NCBI GenBank assembly: GCA_051294375.1
Contig: CM119264.1
Span: 795,477 to 859,476 of the forward strand
Direction: 5' to 3'
Length of the DNA stretch: 64,000 nt
Origin: Paraspadella gotoi
Lineage: Eukaryota > Animalia > Chaetognatha
Position 1 is the first letter of the stretch; each line of letters opens with the position of its first letter. Below, one piece after another: positions 1 through 10,980 of the stretch. Under the pieces are notes generated by a model. That model worked only from the letters and a program-made list of their open reading frames with translations. It was not told the DNA's origin and did not search any database. The translations under genes were made by a program, and so were the position numbers.

Positions 1-199
1 AAAAAAATGGCAATCGAGGATGATTCGTTCGGCTTCATCGAAGCTCTCAAAGAAGGCCGATCACGAAAAAAGCAAAACAAAACTAAATGAGAAAATTGGA
101 AAAAAGAGAAGGACAGGTGAACTGAGAAATACTTGTCAAAACTGACCTGAATCATTCTCTACGTCACCAGCAATGGCATCCTCGTCATCAAAGGCTTCA

Positions 200-1320
200 A
201 GCAAATACGGCCGACCATAAGTTTGTTGTACCTGCCTCCAAAAAGCAGAGATTATCACCAAACAGTTCCATGCAGCTTTTGGTCATCCAGGCCTGATCGG
301 ACGGCATCATAACCGCCCAATACATCCCGCCCTGGACTAACAACAGCCGCGGCGAAATGTCTCAGAAAACTGTGATAATTGCGCAAAAGCGACAGATAAC
401 AGAACACAACGAAACTTCGTCAGGCCCCTATCTAGCCGTGGCACCATGGGAATCGTTAAGCATCGATATTCAGCATCTCCCCACCGTATTCCGGATAACA
501 GTTACATCCTAGTTGCGCTAGATAACGCGTCTGCTTATACTTGGGCAAATCCCACTACGCGAGCAGACGCGCGCCATTTAAAGGCCTTTAGACGAAAAAA
601 GATTTTCTCCAACTATGGATCTTACATGGAAAGTAAACTTTGATGGCGCAACACAATTAAACGGAGCGGCCATGAGATCAATTACTAAAACCTACTCGAC
701 ACAGTAGGCAGGCGCGTTCCTCGTAAAGGCCGCGAAGTACAGACAACAGGCGATGAACGCGGACATAGGCCGAATCCGTCAAAGCTCTTCGAAAAGGCAG
801 TGGATGACCAGCCAAGCAGATGGCTGGAACAGGCTGCCTCAAAACCTCATCTTTCTTACTGAATGCGACTCCCCATAATTGGCTGGAAAACGGATACGTT
901 CGCACATTGAGATTCAATTTGGCCATAGGCAAGAATAGTAGAAAGCGCGGACGAACTTTATCGAAAAGAAATCTCATTGTTTCATTAAGACAAAGGGCCG
1001 ATAAGCAAGAAAAGAGGCCCAGACACAGCTGGGCCGACCAACGCCACAAAGCTCTATAAACAATCGGCCAGAAGAAAACCCATTCAGACGACAGAAGAGA
1101 TTTAAGGTCGGTGATCTTGTTCCTAGCCAGACGAGACCTGATCATGGCAGGAACGGCGACACTGAGAACAAAGGGTCAAACGCATATATTCGGGCCCTCC
1201 ACAAAGTCGTTAGAGAAAGACGGCAACCATTATGTCTCTCGAAGCTGGCCGAAACCTCAAATATCATCGATGGCCGTCGCCTCAAAAAACATTAGACAAG
1301 GCCAACAGAGTAGAAAGAAG
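200..1320 (+). pseudogene. Degenerate (frameshifted) Ty3/gypsy-type retroelement integrase
   Basis: Motifs read by hand in changing frames, in canonical order: FVVP (~222), FHAAFGHPG (~266-292) and CDNC (~371-382) for the HHCC zinc finger; APWESLSIDI (~441-470); YILVALDNASAYTWA; IFSNYG; DGATQL; FLLNATPH (~852); FKVGDLV (~1101) followed by GP (GPY/F-like). Many indels, which may be read error. Confidence 0.8.
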
Positions 1321-1760
1321 ACATAAAGTAGTGTAAATAAAACTTAGATTTAAATAAATAAATAAATAAAACGTAGGATTAGTTATTCACTAAGGACGTA
1401 CTTTAGAAATAGAACAAAAAAAAAAAAAAAAAAAATGAGACAAAGTAATCTTCCTGATGGAATTCGAAAACAAAGACAACAAAAAACACCGCGAGACAGA
1501 ACCCGACCAAAAAAAAAAAACAAAGCCACGAAGCCCCGACCTCACCGAAACGACCAACAAAAAAAACGGAAACCGACGCCAATGAAACGGAGCCAGCTGA
1601 GGAACGAGCATTTCTATTCAAAAGAAAACTCTCTCTCTTCTCGTTTCAAAATTAAAAAAGAAACATCTCTCTCTCTCTCCTCGTTGCAAAATGAAAAGGA
1701 TCTTCGTTCCCCTCACGGTCACAACTCCAGCTCCGACGACGCGCTTGTGCGCTGTCGTCT

Positions 1761-1770
1761 GAGGAGGGGG
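1761..1770 (+). promoter_or_regulatory. Polypurine tract (PPT) of the LTR retrotransposon
   Basis: GAGGAGGGGG lies downstream of the integrase and immediately before a ~330 bp segment that recurs at ~3535-3849. Confidence 0.65.
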
Positions 1771-2099
1771 ACGCATCGCAGATGAAATCAAGACTCCAGA
1801 ATTTAAAATCGCGATTCAAGGATTCGGATCAACGGAATCGGATCAACGGATCGGGATCGAAATACATGGAACATTCTCATTTGGCTTGAAAACACAAATG
1901 GCACCGGCCAATGAACAAATTGGCCGGGAAATTTTACCCTTACCTCCGAATCCGTTTGGGCTGTATAAAAGGGAAACCGAATCTGTATTGATTTCCACTC
2001 TGCCTTGAAAATGACCACCGTCTTGTTTTATCGTTTATTTTTCGAAAAGAAAATAAAATCCACTTGGTTTCGCCAGAAATCCCTGTCTACTACTAAATT
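1771..2099 (+). mobile_element. 3' LTR of the gypsy-like element
   Basis: Follows the PPT. Near-copy at 3535-3849 and a diverged relative at ~44349-44640. Contains TATAAA (~1964) and AATAAA (~2052). Not followed by a PBS. Confidence 0.7.
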
Positions 2100-2265
2100 G
2101 ATATTTTTACTTATATATTTATTTTTTGATCACATGATTTGACATGACATGACAAAAAAACTTTCTTAGCCCTTATATTTATGCATCAAAATTCCATCTT
2201 TTATTCCCTATAGTTTGAGGATTTGCCTGAAGGCGGCGCTAGGGGTCCCTTTGAATCTGTGAGAG

Positions 2266-2358
2266 CGACCGACAGACAGACAGAACGGACCGACAGACAG
2301 AGCCAAAAAAGTGACTTTATAGAGTGGCTCCGCGAGTACTCGCGGCGCAACTAAAAAA
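2266..2358 (+). mobile_element. Helentron/DINE-1-like (HINE) end, family A
   Basis: (GACA/GACC)n microsatellite, then AAAGTGACTTTATAGAGT, a perfect 16-bp palindrome CCGCGAGTACTCGCGG (2330-2345) and ACTAAAAA. Related ends at ~5450, 7625-7728, 44771-44850 (minus) and 53270-53358. Confidence 0.55.
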
Positions 2359-3534
2359 GAAGAATAGAGATTCCAATGTGTTTGGCGCCACCGTGACTTT
2401 CTTATCAGTGTATCTCCCGACACACTGCATCCAAATTTGTCTTTCACTCTTCATTTTAAATAAATTAGTTAAAAAAACGAAAGGTGGCGCTAGCAGTCGA
2501 TTAGATTCGAGGAACAGGAAAAATAACAAAAGAGCAACCAAATTTAAATGATATTGAAGTTCAAGTATGATATATAATAGATTTTAAAGGTAGCAATGGT
2601 ACTTTACCTTCCTACCAATTATGAACTTAATCGAAAAATTATATAAAGATATGAACTTTTCATTCAACCAAGAATGAGATTGAGTTCATCCATCTCATGT
2701 ACATATTGTCGTATTAACGTTGACTTGTCATAAATTCCATTCCATATCATTTCATGAGTTCATATCACGAATTCCCTTTTGTCATTAATGTAGCAATTGA
2801 TAATTATTATTAATAAATGTCCCAAACCCTCTAATCAATCATTATCATCAAGTGATATCATCATTTTGAACGTGAGTCTGATCGATAGACGGGACTGACT
2901 GACCGACCGACGTGGTTTGTGTTTAAACCGATAAACGCGAGATAATCTTTTTTTTTTTTGACAAAGTTGAGTCTAAATTAATTTTTGTTGAGACGTTAAA
3001 AAGTAAAACGAAGCGAAAAGTCGTTACAGGTTAACCACAGTTTTAAAATGAAGATATTTTTTTAAGAATCGGTGTTTAGCGATTAATATTATGATCAATT
3101 TTGTATTAATAATTTAATTTGACAGAAATTAAAAATATTTAAAAAATTAATTTTAGTTTATTTGTCATCGGGGTATTACTAAAAAGCTCACCGCCGCCTA
3201 AAAAGCATGATCCCCTTATGGTTAAAGCGCGCTAACTGAAGAACACTATCCGTAACTTCTGTGCTCCCTCAGCAATGGGTGCCTGGGCTTGGACCCCAAG
3301 GCGGTTTGCGGCCGTCCTGACGCTTCCCGCAGGATCTCGGTACAATTGGGGATCGATCTCGGTACAATTGGGGATCGATGTCTTGGATCGATTCGTCAAT
3401 TGTCGGCTATCGACTCGCNNNNNNNNNNNNNNNNNNNNNNNNNTGTTAAATTCATAAAAATCCGCTTGGCCTTTTCATTTTCAAGCTTAAAAAACAATAT
3501 CGTGTCATCCAATGTGTTGCGCCGCAAGTGACTA

Positions 3535-3902
3535 TACATCGCAAGATGAATAAGACTCCAAGATTTAATCGGGATCAACGGATTCGGATCAACGGATCGG
3601 AATCAAACGGATCGGATGCGGAAATACAAATGGAACATTTCTCATCTGGCTGAAGACAAATGGCACCGGCCAAATGAACAAAATGGCCCCGGAAATTACC
3701 CTACCTCCGTCGTTTGGCCTGTATAAAGGGGAACGAATTTGTATTGTCTCACTCTGCCTTGAAATTGACACCGTCTTGTTTATCGTTTTTTTTCGAAGAA
3801 ATAAAATCCACTTGGTTTTCGCTCAGAAATCCTGTCTACTTACTAAATTGTTGGTGACAGGAGTGGATTCGACACACCACGTCTCACGAAGAGAACTCGC
3901 CT
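3535..3902 (+). mobile_element. Second LTR copy followed by tRNA-Leu-complementary PBS-like sequence
   Basis: Colinear with 1771-2099. From 3852, TGGTGACAGGAGTGGATTCGA... resembles the reverse complement of a CCA-ended tRNA-Leu(CAG/CAA-type) 3' end (TGGTGTCAGGAGTGGGATTCGAACCCACGCCTC). Confidence 0.65.
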
Positions 3903-3967
3903 ACCCCACCAAAGACCCACGCCACCCTTAAAGAAATGGACCACCACCCCCAAACATCTTTTAAAGT

Positions 3968-4148
3968 GGTACAATTGGGGATCGATCCTGGTACAATTGG
4001 GGATCGATTTCAGTACAATTGGGGATCGATCTCGGTAAAATTGGGGATCGATCCTGGTACAATTGGGGATCGATCTCAATACAATTGGGGATCGATCCTG
4101 GTACAATTGGGGATCGATCTCGGTACAATTGGGGATCGATCTCGGTAC
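3968..4148. repeat. 22-bp minisatellite GGTACAATTGGGGATCGATC(CT/TC), 8 copies
   Basis: Period 22 (units at 3968, 3990, 4012 ... 4122). About two more units at 3339-3379. Confidence 0.95.
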
Positions 4149-4861
4149 CTAATGGTAATAAGCTGATGGCCTTTCTCGATGAGTAACCGGGTCACGAACG
4201 AAGATCTCATGCTTATAGCAATGTCTGACAACATATCTGTTTATCTGATGTTTTTTGTCAGCAGTATTTGTTATTTTTATCGAATATACTTATATATATA
4301 TTAAGTATATACTTATACTTAATACTTATTATCACTTTGACTAACTAAATATTTGAAAACCTCCAAGTCATTATATACTTTCATAAATTAAAAAAATAAA
4401 GTTTTTGGCGAAATAAGTAATATTTATCAAATTACCAATAAAAAAATAAAGGCCCCGCAACATCCTAAAAAATACCTTTGTTCTTTTTTTTTCCATTTTC
4501 AAATTTGAATTTAATTTTCGATGAAAGATGCGATATTTAAAAAAAAAAATGTTCTCTCTGAAATAATCAATAATTTTTAACCCCATTTCTCCTCTTTTTT
4601 TGGATTGGCTTGTTTTAAAATGGTGGTTTTGCTCTTTTAAATGCAGATTGTTTTATCGTTGTGTAACGTTGCGAATAACAACCTAGACTTGTCTTTTAAA
4701 AAAATCGACAATTTTTTGTGGCTTCTTCCTTTCTGTCTTTTTTTCTTTTCTTTTTTAAAGCTTCCGTTTTTTTAAAGTTTTCTCTCAGTCCTTGGAAGAG
4801 ACATCTCCCCATTTGGGGAAAGGAAAAAAGTGATGAGGAAAATGTTGCGCAGTTGTTGTTC

Positions 4862-4905
<44 letters not shown>

Positions 4906-5028
4906 CGCCAGACGGACAGGGGAAAGATACAGACAAGGACTGAGAAAGACAGAGAGAGAGCAGATAACCTCGGGGTTTCTTTTTATCTTTAACTCTTTTG
5001 GAAACGAGGAACTGAGATTTCGCAGCAG

Positions 5029-5029
<1 letters not shown>

Positions 5030-5125
<96 letters not shown>
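5030..5125. repeat. (GA)n microsatellite (representative of dozens across the window, e.g. 7324-7377, 41968-42094, 58522-58632)
   Basis: Directly visible. Confidence 0.98.
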
Positions 5126-5127
<2 letters not shown>

Positions 5128-5182
5128 GTGAGAAATCAAAGGCTCCAAGGAGGAACTGTCTTGTCTCACCGCGGTCGCACCA

Positions 5183-5234
5183 CGACGACGCACCATGGCG
5201 CAGAATGGCGCACTTTGGCGCACCATGGCGCACC
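5183..5234. repeat. Short 10-bp tandem repeat (TGGCGCACCA-like), about 5 copies
   Basis: cgcaccatggcgcagaatggcgcactttggcgcaccatggcgcacc. Confidence 0.8.
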
Positions 5235-5291
5235 AATTTCCCTGACGCTGCTTTCTCTTCCCTTTACTTTGGAAGGAAACTAATAAACAAA

Positions 5292-5362
5292 CTTTTTAGC
5301 CGGATCTGTTTAAGTTAAGCAGATTCCTGCTCTACGATTCACTTTGTCGGTCCGTCGGTCCC
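5292..5362 (-). mobile_element. HINE-like end, family B
   Basis: Reverse-complement relative of the GGACCGACAAAGTGAATTATAGAGTCGGGATCTGCTTATAAGCAGATCCGACTAAAAA end at 25395-25460. Confidence 0.55.
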
Positions 5363-5759
5363 ACTTCGAAATATTGTCGGTAAGTCAACTACATCTTGTC
5401 AGAACATCAAATTATTGTAAATTATGAAAAAAATTTATATATGTCCGTCCGCTCCACGAATACTCGTGGCGCGAATAAAATCCTGTCTAATACATTTCAT
5501 TCTCTTATAAATAAAAATTAGTCAGAAGAAATGACTTAGTTTTTAAAATGATTTAAATTTAAAATTAATGTAAATTAACATTTACATTAATTTAAATAGG
5601 ATGTTAAAGTTTCTCGCCATAACTATGTAATAATGTTTCTTTCGGTTTATTTTGTCCGAGAATTTACGGGTGAAGTGATTTCACATCTCTCGATCGATTA
5701 AATGTGTGAGAAAAGATCACAATTTCAACTCCCTTTGTCGGCCTTGAATGAGTAACAAT

Positions 5760-5796
<37 letters not shown>

Positions 5797-6453
5797 NNNN
5801 NNNNNNNNNNNNNNNNNNNNNTCTCCTCACGTCTTCTTCTCCTCATCTCTCTCTCCGTCTTCTTCTCGTTTTCTCTCGTCGTCATCTCTCTCCCTTCTTC
5901 TCTTCTTCTTTCAGGTCATGAGGGTCCGCGCGTCATCGCATAAAATATGCAGAACCATTCCGTTTCCAAAGGAATTGCTAAAAACTTTGGGGTTACAAGA
6001 ATTGGGAAGGATTATTGGGTATTCTCCTTCTCTCTCTCCTCTCTCTCTTCTCTCTCCAGAGAGAGAGAGAGAAAATTTCGTTAATTAATCTTTTTCCTTT
6101 TTTTTTCCTTTTATATTTTTTTGAATTCGCTCGAACCTGGACTCAGGTAAGAACAAAAAACTAACATTCATTCCTTTCTTTGTTCTGTTTGTTCTGAACT
6201 ATTCTGTTCTGTTCTGTTCTCAATTCATCAACGACTGGTATGACTGATGCTTGGGGTTGTAGCCCACAATCACATTGAAGGCTTGTTTTTGCTTGCAATT
6301 ACGATAGCGTGATTGCTTCCAACTATGACCGAACATCCAGAATATTATTCATTAAAATGTCGGCCTTGTTTTCCGAGAACGCCCCATTTTGTCTTAAATT
6401 CAAAATGAAATTAGTTTTTATGGTGGACTAAAAAATCCACCAACCGTTCATCA

Positions 6454-6525
6454 GCGGCCATTGGTGCCAGAGGAAAGTCATTCGCCTCCTAATCCAAAGG
6501 TCCGGGGTTCTAGCCCGGTGGTCGC
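6454..6525 (+). pseudogene. tRNA-like sequence (Arg-CCT-like pseudo-tRNA or SINE head)
   Basis: Acceptor stem GCGGCCA/TGGTCGC pairs fully (one G-T). A-box-like TGGTGCCAGAGG, loop CTCCTAA, B-box-like GGTTCTAGCCC. The anticodon stem is broken and no poly-T terminator follows. Confidence 0.55.
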
Positions 6526-6910
6526 CTGGCAGTTAAGAGAGACGGGGCGCTTAACCCGCCTGTAACATGGTGTTACAGCCTTATCCGAAGCTCAGGGACT
6601 GCTTATATTTAACGGTTCTATCACTAACACATAACAATAATTATTTTATTTAAAATAATTATAGTTAGGATTAAGGATTAGGTTAATTATTAAGATTAAC
6701 ATTAGTGGCAGGGTTATGATTAGGAATTAGGGTTAGTTAATAGGGTTAGGGATTAGGGTTTATGGAAAAGGGTTAATTTTATTAATTAGTTGAAGGAGTT
6801 AAGATTAGGGATCTGGATTATTGATAAAGGATCGGGATTAATAATTAAGTGATAGTGTAGTCGAGCATTGCCTAGGTTCACCCTATAAGTATGACACCTT
6901 CAGTCCTTAC

Positions 6911-7120
6911 CCGGTGGCTCATTGAGTAAAGCTATCAGCCCATGACCATTAGTTACCGGGTTTAATCCAAACTTGGTACCTACCCTGTGGGAAGCGTGAG
7001 GATTGCCGTAACCACCTTTGGGGCGTTGAAAACCCTCAAGCCTGGTTCCATGGCTGCTAGAGGGGTTAAAGAAGTTGCGTATAGTACTCTTTAGCCTAGT
7101 TAGCGCCTTATCTACAATAG
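6911..7120 (+). mobile_element. tRNA-derived SINE
   Basis: A-box-like TGGCTCATTGAG and B-box-like GGTTTAATCC. About 210 bp colinear with the inverted copy at 48306-48547. Confidence 0.65.
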
Positions 7121-7318
7121 GTTAACTAATATATTTTGGCCAAGTACAACGGTTAAAATTAGTTTCATGATCAAGGAACAGAATTTGGACGCTTTTGAAA
7201 AAAAGAGCCAACACTTTTTTTTTCAAACCAAAGACGAGAGATTCCATCAAAGTCTCTCTTAATGTTTACGTCGCATAAAACTAAATTGCAAAAAAAGTCG
7301 TTATATTCGGAGAGAAAG

Positions 7319-7379
<61 letters not shown>

Positions 7380-7726
7380 CTTTGTTCATCCGAGGATGGA
7401 CGAAAAGACGTAGGGACAATTAGATAGAAAAAATACGGACAGAAAGATAGTCCGAAATGAGTTTGGGGAATTAAAGACGAAAAGAAAAATGAAAAAGTGA
7501 AGAATGAAAAAAGAAAATAATAAAAATATATTTAATATTTTATATTTAATGATAATATATATGCAAAACATGAACTAAACTGATATGGTGTTACCTAAAT
7601 TATGATCACTTTTAACGAAGGTGGGACTGACCGACAGACCGACAGACCGACAGACAGACAGACAAAATGGAACAACCTACCAACCAACCTAAAAGTGACT
7701 TATCGAGCTTTTCCGCGAGTACTCGC

Positions 7727-7865
7727 GAGACTGTGAGAGAGTCTTGATGTAAAGCTTGCAGGGACCTGCTATGTTATTATCTTGTAAGAGTGATGGAGGC
7801 CTTAAACCACCAAAGCCTGTCCAAATCCAGGGGCAAGATAGCTTATTTATTAAATGAATGGATAA
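7727..7865 (+). mobile_element. Dispersed repeat, possibly a LINE 3' end
   Basis: The core GAGAGTCTTGAT...GGGACCTGCTATG...ATCTTGTAAGAGTGATGGAGGCCTTAAACCACCAAAGCCTG recurs at 60655-60750 and 62800-62895 (+), 17105-17250 and 25462-25610 (-), and partly at 44255-44325. Confidence 0.6.
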
Positions 7866-7956
7866 TTTTTATATTGGTTGTCCCAACTTTTTACATTAAT
7901 AAACAGACAAACTAAACTTTTGAGCGGTAAAAAGATATAGAGAGGGATTATGAAAA

Positions 7957-8066
7957 TGGACGAACGGACGGACGGAAGGACGGATGGACGGACTGACGGA
8001 CGGAAGGACGGACGGACGAACGGACGGACAGACTGACTGATGGACGGACGGACGGACGGACGGACA
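7957..8066. repeat. (GGAC/GACT)n microsatellite
   Basis: Directly visible. Confidence 0.9.
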
Positions 8067-8205
8067 GAATCCGTAAGGATTTTACGTTTATGGGTCGAGG
8101 AGACGTGAGGCAAACAGAGAGAGAGTTGTCGGACGATAAAAAATCTCAAGCAGAATTGAAGAGAGAGAGAACAGAGAGGAGAAGAGAAGAGAGGAGAGAG
8201 AGATG

Positions 8206-8237
<32 letters not shown>

Positions 8238-8658
8238 AGAGAAGAGAGAGAGAGAAGGAGAGAGAAGACGAGAGAGAGAAGAGAAGAAGAAGGAGAGAGA
8301 GAGGAATTGGAGAGAGAGAGAGAGAGCAGAGAGAGAGAGAGAGAGAAGATGCGAGAAGAGAAAGAGAGAGAGAGATGAGAAGACAGGAGGGAAGAGAAAG
8401 AGAGAGAGAGAGAGAGAATCAAGAGAAGCAAACAATCGAAGGAAAATGATTTTCGTAAACAAAAACGAATGAAAACTGAGATGAATGACGACGATGATGA
8501 TGACGACGATGATGACGACGTTGACGACAACGATGATGATGATGATGATGATGATGACGACGATGATGATGACAAAATCGTTAAGATTCAAATTCATGAG
8601 GAAATGAAGTCAAAAGGAGAAGAGGTTTATGTCTTTGCGTGAACTTTTTCGCAGTAAG

Positions 8659-8805
8659 CAGTATGAGGGATTCAGCATGCAGTATGAGGGATTCAGTATG
8701 CAGTATGAGGGATTCAGTATGCAGTATGAGGGATTCAGCATGCAGTATGAGGGATTCGCTATGCAGTATGAGGGATTCATTATGCAGTATGAGGGATTCT
8801 GGATG
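8659..8805. repeat. 21-bp minisatellite GCAGTATGAGGGATTCAGTAT, 7 copies
   Basis: Period 21, which generates the MQYEGFS ORF. Noisy duplicate at 11531-11750. Confidence 0.95.
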
Positions 8806-9040
8806 CGGTATACGGATTATGAGATAGGGGAACGAAGGAAGGAGCAGGTCGCCCAGCTTCAGGTTTTTTTTAGAAAATCATTGAATGTGGGGTTTGCAGG
8901 ATGCGATATGCAATGCCCGACTACAGAGTGACGGCTTTAATAAACTTTTACAATAGTACATTTAATTTTTTTTTAAAGTGAGCTCGTTTAAATTATTATG
9001 AAGAACTCGAGGTAAGAAGAAAGAGTAGAGAGAGCAAGTA

Positions 9041-10300
9041 TACCGTCAGAATAAAAGCCTTCCCCCTGGCGGGTGGCAAGGTGCGACCCCGGGGGTCATA
9101 CCAAGGGATAGCCCCTGGGGTATTAAAAAACTATACACCTTGGTCTGCCCTCCGGGGCATAATTTTTTTTAGTATTTAGGGGCGGCCCCATGGCAGATCC
9201 TCTTGTGGTGCAACAAATTGCCTTCCCAAGGGGTCACCCTTAGGTATGAAAAAATGTATACCCCTTTGGGTGGTCTTCCTTTTGTCGCAACTGAAGCCAG
9301 GCTTCCTTAATTAATTTTTGACCAATGATTTTACTCTGTCTTTTTTTCTCTTATTTTTTTCCTTTCTCTTTCTTTATCTTATTTTTTTAATTTTTTTAAT
9401 TTTTTTATCTTTCATTTATTATTGAATTTTCTCTTTTTTATACTTTTTTTCTTTTATATAGAATTCGATTTTAAATTATTAATTTATTATTGAATTATAA
9501 TATGTATATTAATATCTGAATTAAAATAATTCTATTATTTTATATGATAATTTTTTTTAAATCATATGAGTAATCCAGTATGAAAATGTGTTTAAGGAAT
9601 ATATATAACAATTACTTCTAAATAATATTCACTCGATAAATATTTTATTAAAAAAATAGTTTTTAAAACTGTATACTGGTAAATTGACCTAATAGTTACT
9701 GCATTAGGAAGTTATTGTTTGCAAGAAAAATTAATTAATTTAATATTTTAATATTTTAAACAAAATATAAAAATTATTATAATAATTATAAAATTAAAGA
9801 GTCAATCTGGGTATCAGAGTAAAAAAATATTTTTTAAAATTTTTTTAATAAAATATTATTTTTATATATATTACTCTTAAAAAATTAGCAAAATTCTTAT
9901 AAAATAATTTTATTCTAAATATATAAAATAAATATTCAATAAAAATTAAAAAAAACAAAAAAACAAAAAAGAGAATGAGAGGGGAAAAAATAAAGATTTG
10001 GTAAAGAATAGATTTTAAAAGTCTGGCTTTTTTGTTTAAAATTACCCTCCCTTTTTTTTCTCAGGGGGAAGCCTTTTTTCTACCCACTTGGGTTACTATT
10101 AGGGGCAAGTTTTATTATTCCCAAAAGGAATTAGCATTGGGAGGGCCCCTGTTAAGGTCAAAAATATATTCCCCAAGGGGTAGCTCCTTGGGGTCACCCC
10201 TTAATATATTGCATTAAGGGTACCCCTAAATGATTAAAAATATGCCAGAGGGGGCAGCCCATTCTATCGCCCCATGAGAAAACATTTTTGAGCGTCGGTA
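9041..10300. mobile_element. Possible MITE with GC-rich subterminal repeats and very AT-rich core
   Basis: TA-TACCG...CGGTA-TA ends. GGGGTCACCC/GGGGCAGCCC-type motifs cluster at both ends (9060-9275, 10040-10270). The terminal inverted match is only ~5 bp. Duplicate at ~11992-13245. Confidence 0.35.
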
Positions 10301-10303
10301 TAT

Positions 10304-10351
<48 letters not shown>

Positions 10352-10980
10352 AAAATGGGAAAAAGGCTCCACAGTCTGGTAATCTTTATGGTTACTTCTT
10401 GTCGGAGTCTTGAGTGAATAAAAAAAAAGAAGAATTGATTAAATATGAACTTTCTTTTTCCACACAGAATTTTTTTTTTGTTAGATAATTTGTTGATCCA
10501 GGTATTTATTGATTTTTTGAACATTTAAACAAATTTGTTAATGTTATAAACAAAAGGAAAGACTTTTCTTAAAACAAAGGAAAAGTTTTACTTTTTTCTT
10601 TGCGAAAATTTCTCCCCCTGAACTCTCTCAAGCGCTATGTCCCGTGGCGAGAGAGAGAGAGAGAGAGACAGGAGAGAGAGAGAAAGAGAGAGAGAGCGAG
10701 AGAGAGAGAGAGAGAGAGAGAGACCAATATCTTTTACGACCTCATTTCCCGTTTTTTGAAAGAATTCAGTTTCATTTTATTGTCTGCTGCGGTTACCTGG
10801 GACGAGACCAGAGTATGGAGAGAGAGAGAAGTAGAGGAGAGAAGAGAGAGAGAGAGCGAGAGAGAGACAGAGACAGAGAGAGAAAAGAGGGGAAAAAGAG
10901 GATTTTCTCGCCCATTTAAAATTCATGAAGTTCGACAAGTTGAAAGAGAAAGAAAACATTCCCTATCATGGTGAAGAGTG

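Larger units (their letters stand above)
3228..4193 (-). mobile_element. tRNA-derived SINE, interrupted and with internal tandem amplification
   Basis: The reverse complements of 4145-4193 (head) and 3228-3343 (body) align with the SINE copies at 6911-7120 and 48306-48547. Confidence 0.6.
6360..7210. mobile_element. Non-autonomous TIR element with TTAGGG-like interior, carrying two SINE-like insertions
   Basis: Left arm TCGGCCTTGTTTTCCGAGAACGCCCCATTTTGTCTTAAATT; right arm ...GGACGCTTTTGAAAAAAAGAGCCA; interior TTAGGGTTAG-type repeats at 6660-6850. Confidence 0.6.

Noticed and set aside
678-1145. 155-aa minus-strand ORF
   Set aside because: Antisense shadow of the plus-strand integrase remnant, with no recognisable motifs.
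3968-4148. 22-bp repeats with internal palindromes as a CRISPR array
   Set aside because: The units are head-to-tail with no unique spacers, the context is eukaryotic with no cas genes, and the array is explained as SINE-internal amplification.
8629-8931. ORF with (MQYEGFS)7 as a repeat-peptide or neuropeptide precursor
   Set aside because: No signal peptide or dibasic cleavage sites. More than one frame is open simply because the period is 21, so it is best treated as a minisatellite.
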